NCBI GenBank assembly: GCA_029717555.1
Contig: JAMDHS010000087.1
Location: forward strand, 1 to 64,000
Direction of reading: 5' to 3'
Length of the DNA: 64,000 nucleotides
Source: Peribolospora baueri
Taxonomy: Eukaryota
Below the pieces are notes generated by a model. It saw nothing but the letters and a program-made list of their open reading frames with translations. It had not been told where the DNA came from and did not search any database. Made by a program: the position numbers and the translations under genes. Numbering within the stretch: position 1 is the first letter of the stretch; every line of letters starts with the position of its first letter. Shown in pieces: positions 55,086 to 64,000 of the stretch.

Positions 55086-57458
55086 CTATCGGCTCCACTG
55101 CTTTCCCTCCTTGTTGTTGGGACCCTGACGACGGTAAACCTCCTTCCCAACCTTCTTACTCCCCTCCACCTGTCTTCTCTTGTTCGAGTCGTACGCCCGC
55201 CGCTCCACCTTCTGCCTCTTCCCACCTCCCTCATATCCGTTCGACGACCCATCCCCTTCCCCGCCTTCCTCATCATCGTCGTCCGCGTCAATCTCCCTCT
55301 TACTCCCGCCGCCCTTGGAACCCTTCGGAGCCTTCAACCCGCTCCCGACGGAGATGTTCACTTTCGGAGGAACGGAGAAACCGAACGCCCTTCCAACCTT
55401 GGCGAGATCGAGCTGGTTCACGTCAAAGATATTTTTGAGGCTGTAGGAGGCGTACGCCTGGAGGTAGGATCGGTAGCCGTCTCGGGCGGATTGGGAAAGA
55501 TAATAGTTTTTCGAGATGAGCTTTTCCAGCTGGGGAGGGACGGTTGCGGGGGAACATGGGATGACGGTCAGTAACGAGGCGGCATCCCGTTGAGATTAAA
55601 AAAAAATAAAAAAATAAAAAAGACAACGACGATAAATCCGGGACGCGCCCGCTCACCTGACTCTGCACATTAGCGATCTTGTTGGACGGGAAGCTGTACT
55701 CATTCAAAGGAACCTTGGCCACTTTCAAGAACCGCAAAAAGCCGAGCTCAGAAGGCAAGAGGAAGAGCAAACTCTTCCCCTGCTTCCCAGCGCGTGCAGT
55801 TCGGCCAACGCGGTGAATGTAGTCGCGCGGGTCGTCGGGCGGGTCGAACTGGATGATCCAGTCGACTTTGGGAATGTCGAGCCCTCGAGCGGCAACGTCG
55901 GTGCAGAGGAGAATGCCGCTCGGCGCATTGACGAACTCGAAAAAGGTCGTCGTTCGTTTTTGTTGCTTTTGTTTGCCCTGCGGGAAGGGAAAGGCGACAG
56001 AGGTTAGACAAAGACCGACATAGTGACTGGGCCCCTTTGTAGTGTCAAACTGCTCACATGCAGATCCAGAACGGGTATGTCTATGTAATTCAACAGCTCA
56101 GCATGGTACTTGACGCTGTTGCAGCTGCTGAAGAACACGATGACCTTTTTGGAGAGGTTCTTCTTGAGGAAGGTGAACAAAAGCAAGAAGCGTTTGTCCG
56201 AGTCGCAGACGACGTAGCCTTGCTCCAAGTGGGACACCGTCGAGGTCTTCAGATCCGCGTGGACGTTGATGTAGAGCGGACCTGGTCGAAGGGATACGCG
56301 CGCCAAGTCTGTGACCTTGGTGGTTTGCGTGGCGGAGAAGAGCATGGATTGACGGTTTTCTGCAAGGACAAGGCACGAAAAGGAGAAAGCGCAGACATTA
56401 GTGACGCGACCATGATGAAGGCCACCCTCGCGTGCAAACTCACCGTTCGGTAGGATCTTGATGATCTGCCTCATCTCGTCTTCGAAACCGATCTCGAGAA
56501 TCCTGTCCGCCTCGTCAATAACGAGTGCTTTCAAGTTGGAGAAGACGAAACCCCGGGTATTCTTGACGGTGCAACGAAATCATGCGAGGTACACGTCAAT
56601 CGTCTCTCCACAAAGGCAGTCAGTACCTGGTAAAAAGAAAAAAAAACGTTTGCACCCACCTGTAGGTGGTCAAGCAACCGTCCAGGCGTAGCAATGATGA
56701 GGTTGACGCCCTTGATGAGCTTGTCTGCCTCGGCTTTCCTGTTGGCTCCGCCCATGAGGATACCGAACGTTTGGCTGTGGTGCTTCATAAGCTCCTTGGC
56801 CACACCGAAGATTTGCAGTGCCAGCTCTCGCGTCGGAGAGATGATAATGACACCGGTGCCTGTGATGGACACAAAAAAGCCGTTCGACATGGAGAGGAAA
56901 TAGGGCAGCCATTCAGATCCTGGAAACTCTCACACAGCAAGACAGCGCTCCCTGCCGGCCGGGCGCAAGGGAGGTCCAAGGCGACTCACCGTTCCGAGGT
57001 TTGAACTTGAGCTTAGCCAACATCTCAATACTAGGAATCAAGAACGCTAGCGTTTTCCCGCTCCCCGTCTGCGCCGCGCCCAAGACGTCCTTTCCAGTCA
57101 TGAGAGGAGGGATGGTCCTCGCTTGGACCTCGGTCATGGTCTCAAAGCCCATCTCCTCGAGCGCTTTCGCTGTTTGAGGGGTGAGCGTCAGAGTAGAGAA
57201 GGGCTGTCGGAGCGCTGCTGGGGTAGAGGAAGTGGGTGCGGAGGCGGAGGCAGAGGCGGAAGAGGAGGGGTCAGGGGAGGAGCTGACGACGGTAGCGTCG
57301 ACCGCTTGCTTCTCAGACGCGGCCACATCGGCGGCCAGCTGAGAAGCGAGCTCGGTCTCTGCATCGCCGGAGCCCGCAGGGGGCATGGAGGGAGTTGAGG
57401 AGGAGAAAGAGGGTTTCTTCCCCTTGTTGGGCGTGGATTTGGGGGATTTGGAGGGCAT
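55086..57458 (-). CDS. HAS1: DEAD-box RNA helicase Has1/DDX18 (ribosome biogenesis)
   Basis: Q motif (GFETMTEVQ), [69 protein letters not shown] and the Has1-type tail GFSVPPKVN. Six exons. ATG at 57458. Confidence 0.97.
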
Positions 57459-57697
57459 GGTGACGGTGGTTGACGACACTGGAGAGGAGGAAGAGGGCGC
57501 CCACGGCGCCCCCAATCGAAATCGTATTGGGATACGCACGACGGCGAAAAACGCTGCGGCAGCGAGCGCGGACTCGATCAACGCCGTCTATCGCCGCAAG
57601 TCTGAGTCGCGACGTTAATAACTGACGAAGCGCGCCAGATTCGTTTCTTCTGGTGACCAGCCGACAGGTAACGTGCACAGGATCCCGATATACCGCT

Positions 57698-58653
57698 ATG
57701 CCGAAGGTGAGACGCTCTCCTTTAGTATGTGTGTGGGATATTGCGGTATCAGGAAGAGACTTTTTTTATTCCTTGTTGCCGTTCGAACAGGTCATCTCGC
57801 GCAGTACCATCTCTGCTTCCAACGATGGTGAGCCGCGGACTGGCGTTATGTTGTTGATGCAGGATCGAGGACCGGCGCAATAGCGCTTGCCCGGCCATTT
57901 CGTCTCATCCGCCTCCTTCTATCCCCTCCTTCTCTTCCAGCCGAACCGACGGCTTCGTCGCATGCCGCTCTCCGAATCTATTACTGCCTCTGCGGCGAGT
58001 TCGCCCTCGTCTCGGACCGAGCGCTGGAGAAGGTCCCCCGACGAACGACGGACGGAGCGTACGTGCTGAGGAACAGAGACGCCGGGCCGGGGAAGAAGGC
58101 GAGGGCTTTCAAGATCAACGCCGTAGCAAAGGGCCCTGTCGTGGTGCAGAGGTAGGTGTGCGCTGCCCGGCGGGCCCATCGAAGCAGGGTGGCGGCGGCG
58201 CGCCTCTCCGCGAGACGATATATGATGTGCCCCATCTTCGTCGGCAAGTGCTCATTCAAAATTCTCGCACCCTCTCTCACTCCATCTCTGTATGCAGGGA
58301 GAAAGGCCTGGAAAAGCAGTACCGCCTTCATTGCTCCCGGTGCGACCTCTTCCTGGCGTATGAGACGACGCCGCCACCGGTGCGAGTGAGTTTCGAGACG
58401 GGGATGCCGATTCACTGAGGTTTTGAGGTCTGGGAGTATCGTTGGGCATGGGAACGGGACATGGGCTCATCACTCGTTCTCTCCCTGTTCGCATGTATCC
58501 GCGTTCCTTCCTTCACAGAGCGGCCCGTGGACGTACATCATGCCCGGGGCGGTCAGCGAGAACCAAGGCTCCATACCCGCCGACGCACTTCTGGGCGAGG
58601 GCAAGGACACGCCGCCGCCGAGGACGGTGACGGCGGAGAAGCAAAGGGCGTAA
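57698..58653 (+). CDS. STEEP1: STEEP1 (CXorf56/UPF0428) homologue
   Basis: Exons 57698-57706 (9 nt), 57791-57827, 57941-58151, 58298-~58385 and 58519-58653 give MPK|VISRSTISASND|AEPTASSHAALRIYYCLCGEFALVSDRALEKVPRRTTDGAYVL...GLEKQYRLHCSRCDLFLAY...WTYIMPGAV. This matches the MPKVVSRS...YYCLCG...CxxC family pattern. Confidence 0.9.
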
Positions 58654-58882
58654 GGCATAAGGAGGCGAGTATCGCCTCGCCAAGGCGCATGGATGCATTC
58701 ATGCATGTGCTGCCAAGGCTACCAAGTTTCCTCAGTCTTGATCTGCTTCACGCTCTCGGGCCACGTCGTGTCGGTTCGCGGGGAGGGCGTTGTACGAATA
58801 GAATACATTAACGCAATATGTGTATACCAGATGTCGTCTGCGCGCGGGAACCGTCCGATCCGTCATCGTCGGTCCAACCGAT

Positions 58883-59584
58883 CTATTCGAACCTAAAGAA
58901 GCTGCTGAGGCGCTCTCTCAACGTCGGCCGCATGTCCTCGCCTCGTCCTGCTCGTTCGATATTGCGCAGGAGCTGTTCGTAGTAGCTGGGCGAGCTCGCC
59001 GGCTGGAGGGTAAACTCCGAGGGCGGATACTATCCCGGCGGAGGGAGTGAGGGATGGGAGAGCGGCGAGTACGGTGAGCAGGACAGAAGCGGACCGGCGC
59101 CCATTGCCTCGTGTCGCCGTCGCGTCCCGTCGTGCCCCCCCTTTTTTCCTTCCTCTCCGTTCGTCCACACGCGCGACGAGACGAGACGAGATACGAGACG
59201 CACCTTTTTGAAAAACCCATCGTCTCTGCAAGCCCGCAACCTCTCGAGCCCGTCCTGGGTGCCGACAAACTCCCTCTCGGAGAACGACCTGAGTTCCGCC
59301 GCGTCTTCCACCGCCTTCTGCATCGTCGTCGTCGCAAAGCCCGTCCCCGTCCTCCCTGCAGCGCTGCTCGGTTTTCGTGCCGCGTTTTGATCCCGAGAGG
59401 ATGCGGCAGGAGGAGGAGGAGGAGGAGGAGCGGCGAGAAAGCCACTGTCGGCGGCGTTTGCGATCGCGGCGCCAAAGTCGCGCTCCGGCCTCAGCGGGTC
59501 GCGAGGCCAGGTGGAGGCGAGGGAGAGGTAAGCTTGGTAGAGCGCTCGGACGCGCTGGGTAGAGATTGGTTGGGGTGGCGGCAT
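58883..59584 (-). CDS. CBP6: Mitochondrial complex III assembly factor Cbp6/UQCC2-like
   Basis: Exons 59584-59204 and 59029-58883: LYQAYLSLASTWPRDPLRPERDFG...LRACRDDGFFKK|YPPSEFTLQPASSPSYYEQLLRNIERA. WPxDPLRP and PxSxPxYY are the Cbp6 motifs. Confidence 0.85.
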
Positions 59585-61678
59585 GGTGATGGTGGGGCGG
59601 GGAGGGGAGGGGAAGAGAGCGCGCGGGAGTCGATGTGTAGGTGTCGAGGTGAGTGAAAAGTGGGTGATGGAGAGCGGTGCCTGTTCTTTTACTACGGAAC
59701 GCTCGGAAGGAGGTGCTGCGGCACGCGCATGGAAGCTGACTAAGGAGAACATGTATTCGGCTTGGCGGTAGGGAGCACGCCTTTGTGAATCCGTCCGTCT
59801 GTCTGGTCTGTCCGTCTCCCTGTCCGTTCTTCGCTGCTCATAGCCTGCCGTCCACCCGTCCGGTCTTTCAAAGCATGGTGAGCGACAGCTGCGCGTTGAG
59901 CATAGCAGGATCGGGGAAGGGGCTCGTGCTTGAGGAGCGCCTCGTTGCACGGTGAGACGAGCGGTATGCACCGGTCGTCAAGGTCAAAGACGGGAAATAC
60001 CACCGGTCCGTGCTTTTAGTCCATGCGAGGAGGATGAAGGATCTGAGTAAGTTTACATGGCCCGCCCAAACGCCCGTTGAGATCGCGGTCCGGGCGTGCA
60101 CGATGGACGTCTGCATGCGAGGCTTCCGATGTCGGCCAGCATAAGGTAAAGAAAGGATCGAAGGAGCGGAGTAGATGTACTACTGGTATGTTATTAGCGA
60201 CGGTGTAGGCGGCCGACCTTTGGAGCTGCTCCGTGGAGGCGATGGCCCATGCCCGTCGCGATCGCCGGGAAGAGCGGAACGGGCAGGTCGGTACGAGCAC
60301 ATGCGCGTCAGGATGCAAGCCAGGAGCGGCCCGAGCTCACGCCGTCGGTCGGTCGTCCGCGGACGGAGTTGAATCGATGTTCGATCTTGTCGTTGTTCGC
60401 CCATGCCTGTATGGGCAGAGGAGGCGAGGGGGAGACGACGGCGAGCAGAGGCTTGAGACAACAGACGTGGATCCCATCACGCACACCAGGAGCAGACTGG
60501 GTCCGTGGACGTGCGTGCCAAAGAGAGCGAATACAGCGGCGACTCCGGCGGCGGCGCCGGAGCGAGAACAAGGAGGGCAGGCTTACATAATCGACATCCT
60601 GCCGTAAGAAGCGAGTTGTTGGAGACTTGGATGGGCGTCTAAGACCGACGCGGACGGTTTGTTTATTTCGTCGGTCGTCCGTCGGTTTCAGTTTGTAAAT
60701 GGAGCGGCTTGGGGCTGACTGCGGCTAGGCACGCTAGTGGGGGCGGGTGGGGCCGTGGTGGGCTGTTTAGCGCTGGTTGCGCAAGAAGGAGAAGGACGAG
60801 GTGCGGATGTGCGACGCGAGATTACGGCGGCGGGTAAGCGAGGGTTAAGGAGGGGTTGTAGTGTAGAGAGGCAAAGGCAAGGACGGGTATTAGCGCGCGT
60901 CCTTCTTTCATACACCACTCGGCTGATCCCTCTACGACGCGACGACGTCTTCTTTTAGCCTCGGACAGTTGACCACCCGTCCTTATTAGCCTTCCTTCCT
61001 TCTTTCCTCCCTCGCCCTCGCCCTCGCCCCCGCTCAGACTCGCCGCTCAGACTCGACTCGGCGTCGGGCGTCTCTGCTTCCTTCTCTACCCTCATTTCTC
61101 TTCTCAACCCCTTCTCTTTCCTTTCTCTCTCTCATACCCCTCTCTCTTTCGCCATACCTCTCCTTCTCCTCCTCCCTTCTCATCTCCTCCTTGCTCCCTA
61201 TATTATCCTCCACACCGTCCCCTCTCACCTCTCCCTCTCACCCCGCACGCCCAGTCCTTCGCCTCGCCCAGCCCTCGCCCGCCTCGGCCTTATCGTCCAC
61301 CACCGCACGCTCCTTCCTCTCACCCTTCCTTGGCTACCCAGCCTCCGCCCGCGAGGAAGCCGCGCGCGAGGTGTGAGAGAGCGCGAGCGCGAGAGCGAGA
61401 GAGAGGCGCCCGCTCCTACTACTCCTGTTCCTTCCTGCCTTCGGCGTCCATGCTGCTCTTGCTTGCGCGCGGCCCCCGCTCTTCGCTCAGCATGGACTTC
61501 CTCGCCTTGGCTTGAGTGTGCCCACGCACGGCCCCCTCCTTCCTAAGCCGACCCGGCTCAGAAAAACGCCAGTCATCCGCGCCCGCCCTTCCCGCACGTC
61601 GTCGCATATACGCTCCCTAAATCTTCCTCTTTCTTCCCCTCGCATTCTCTTTCTCTCTCTCCTCTCCTCGTCACCGCC

Positions 61679-64000
61679 ATGCCGGCCGCGACGACCGCTT
61701 CGCCTTCTTCAGCCGGCGCTGGGGCCGGCGCCTCAGAGATCCACCACTTCCCCACTTTCGAACCACTCCCCAAACCGTCTCGCGCCTCCGCCTTCGAGCG
61801 ACCCGGCTTGCCCAGCATCTTCCGGCTCAAAAAGTCCTCCGCAGGCCCCGGCCCCGGTGCCGCTCCCACCTCTTCGTCCGCCAAGGCCCAGCGCCACGGT
61901 GCTCGTCACCACCCGTCGGGCTCAGGCATCGCGTGTGCGCCTCTCACCGCCGGAGGCTCCGGGGCTCCCACCGAATCGGGCGCTCGCCTAGGCAGCGCGA
62001 GAGCGACGGACGACGACGACGGGGACTGGTACATCCCTTACAACGGCCCCGTCTCCCTTCCTCGTTTATCCGGATGGGGCGTGCCCGGCAGCGCAGAGCC
62101 GCAAGACCCGTCGACGGCGTCGCGGGTTGCCCGACCTGACGTGCTCGTGGACCGGCCGAGCAAGCTTGCGCACTCCAACGCCGGCTCTCCGTCGACCATC
62201 GGCGCCGATCCGTTGGTTCGCCTTGACGACGCTTCCACCGGCCTCGTCAGGTTGCCTTCCAACGCCAGCACCGGCCCTTCCTCTTCCTCCGCGTCCCACG
62301 GCCACAGCCTGCCAGCGTCTCACCGACTCTCCTACCTCACCTCCTCCTCCACCTCCGCCTCCTCTTCCTCCCACCACCGCGCAACCGCCGCCGGAGCCAT
62401 CGATGACGTCTCTTCCCACCTTCACAGCCCCGCAGCCCCCTCTGTGGGCGCCAGCCTGGCCCGCAGCAGGAGCACCTCCTCCCTCCCTCTGACGCCCCCG
62501 ACGTCAGAGAGCATACACGACTCCACTGCGCCGGCAGCCCGCTGGACCCCTGCCAACGTCTCCCTCACCGGCTCGTCTTCGCTCAAACCCGCTACGACCA
62601 GCGCGGGCGCCTCGACGCCCAATCGAGTCGCGCCGCCGATCGTCGACGACCGTTTTCGCTTCCGTACCCCGGCTTCTTCTGCCGCCGTTAGGAACTGGGC
62701 GCTCGCCACAGCTTCCACCGCTGGCGCCGGAGGAGGGGGAGGAGGAGGAGGAGGAGGCCTGACGTCTGCCTTGGGTTCCGGGCTGTCCGCGACCTCCAAT
62801 CCTCCCTCCGCTTCGTCTCTCACCTCGCAGCCTTACTCCTCCGCTGCCTTCGCCTCCCGCTCCGTTGACGCCCTTCACACGACCGCTGGACTTTGGTCTC
62901 GCAACCCGCTCCCGTCTTCAAACCCGTCCCTCTCTGTCGAGTCCCTCTCTACTTCGTCCGACGACCACAAAATCCACAGAACCCCGCATGCTGGAGGAGG
63001 ACTCGCCGTTCGCCCCGCGCTCTCCCCCATCCCCAGCAGCGGTGGCGCCAGCGGCTCCGGTGGTAGCTTGCACCGCTCCCGCTCCTTCCTCTCCGACCTC
63101 GCCCTCTCTAGTCCTTCCGCATACACGCACGGTTCCGTCCAGTCGTGGGAAGCGGGCGCCAATGGCGCGTCCACGTCCGGCACACTGCACGCCTTCCCCG
63201 CTGTGTCCGCTCTAAAGGCGCCGAACTCGCAGGCGCAGCTGGAACAACAGCAACAACAAGCCTTTCAGCGCCAGTTCAGGGACCCTTACGGCGGACGGTT
63301 CGTTCCCGCGTGGGGATCCACCTTCCTTCATCCTTATGCCTCTCAGCCCCCGTCGTCGTACGCCCAAGTCCCCGGAGCGTCTTCTGTCGGCGCGACCGCC
63401 ACTGACCAAGGTTCGCTTTCCGCCGTCGTCCCGACGACCGACGGCCACGACGGACCCGCACCGGAAGAGAGCCTTTCTCCTTCTGCTCCCACCACGCATT
63501 CCTCCCCCAGAAGCCCGCACGGTAGCGTGGATATTCAACGTACCGTCACCGGCGCTTTCGACCCTCGCTTCTGGGGCACGTCGCTGGCTCCCGTTGCCAA
63601 CACGCTAAATGGACAATCGAACGCTAACGGCGGTGGAGGGGATAGTGTGGCGTGGCCAGCGGCACCGAACAGCTCTTCGTCGTCTCTTGCACCTCGCATC
63701 GTTCCTGCGTCCGCTCGACCGCGCGGAACGGTTAGCGTGCCTGACCTGCACGAGAGGGCTTCCAGACCCGTAGGCGCTGGCACGTCTCAACTGCCTGACG
63801 CAGCCATCGCCTCCTCCTTCGCCCGTCCCGCTCCACCCACCTCGGGCACACGTCTACCCCACCAGCGCCATAAGAACTCTCAATTCTCAGTCGATTCGGA
63901 TCTCTTCGAGGCGCAGACCACATGCGACGCCTTTATGCTCCCCAAGCCAAGGCTGCGGTCTCGCAAAATGTCGGAGAGCGACCTTCACAAGTTGGCACAA
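61679..64000 (+). CDS. 5' part of a long Ser/Pro-rich protein of unknown function (runs off the window end)
   Basis: ATG in gccATG context at 61679. The frame is stop-free to the window end (774 codons), so it is missing from the ORF track. Conserved-looking islands DDGDWYIPYNGP, FLHPYA, TVSVPDL and AQTTCDAFMLPKPRL. Confidence 0.8.
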   Translation, partial: MPAATTASPSSAGAGAGASEIHHFPTFEPLPKPSRASAFERPGLPSIFRLKKSSAGPGPGAAPTSSSAKAQRHGARHHPSGSGIACAPLTAGGSGAPTESGARLGSARATDDDDGDWYIPYNGPVSLPRLSGWGVPGSAEPQDPSTASRVARPDVLVDRPSKLAHSNAGSPSTIGADPLVRLDDASTGLVRLPSNASTGPSSSSASHGHSLPASHRLSYLTSSSTSASSSSHHRATAAGAIDDVSSHLHSPAAPSVGASLARSRSTSSLPLTPPTSESIHDSTAPAARWTPANVSLTGSSSLKPATTSAGASTPNRVAPPIVDDRFRFRTPASSAAVRNWALATASTAGAGGGGGGGGGGLTSALGSGLSATSNPPSASSLTSQPYSSAAFASRSVDALHTTAGLWSRNPLPSSNPSLSVESLSTSSDDHKIHRTPHAGGGLAVRPALSPIPSSGGASGSGGSLHRSRSFLSDLALSSPSAYTHGSVQSWEAGANGASTSGTLHAFPAVSALKAPNSQAQLEQQQQQAFQRQFRDPYGGRFVPAWGSTFLHPYASQPPSSYAQVPGASSVGATATDQGSLSAVVPTTDGHDGPAPEESLSPSAPTTHSSPRSPHGSVDIQRTVTGAFDPRFWGTSLAPVANTLNGQSNANGGGGDSVAWPAAPNSSSSSLAPRIVPASARPRGTVSVPDLHERASRPVGAGTSQLPDAAIASSFARPAPPTSGTRLPHQRHKNSQFSVDSDLFEAQTTCDAFMLPKPRLRSRKMSESDLHKLAQ

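Noticed and set aside
59600..61600. 2-kb spacer between CBP6 and the last ORF, checked for small genes and ncRNAs
   Set aside because: No recognisable tRNA, snRNA or snoRNA boxes and no consistent exon chain. It looks like divergent promoter and UTR sequence.

Overview
GC-rich, intron-rich, microsatellite-rich eukaryotic DNA from a basidiomycete fungus (probably Ustilaginomycotina; the lineage is inferred from protein style, not established). I assembled 18 gene models by hand from splice signals; several are invisible or fragmented in the ORF track. In order: 3' end of a GH30 beta-1,6-glucanase; a divergent forkhead transcription factor; a She3-like coiled-coil protein; a CENP-Q/Okp1/Fta7-like kinetochore protein; an FLVCR-type MFS transporter; a MedA/medusa regulator with a 41-Q tract; a ~1,660-aa low-complexity unknown protein; the ApsA/Num1 cortical dynein anchor with VEKIV repeats; then a compact, apparently lower-GC housekeeping block (TOR kinase with ~25 introns, TAF9, GON7-like, ELYS-like, polo kinase, an MGNSASK protein, HAS1, STEEP1, CBP6); and the 5' part of a long unknown ORF. 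A 597-bp non-autonomous Tc1/mariner(pogo)-type MITE with TA target duplication sits at 6476-7072. I could not support any tRNA, rRNA or CRISPR feature. I found no clear-cut novel multi-gene system. The best leads are the MITE, the CENP-Q gene, the forkhead domain with an altered recognition helix, the polo-kinase insertion, the alveolin-like ApsA repeats and several non-canonical splicing or translation signals.
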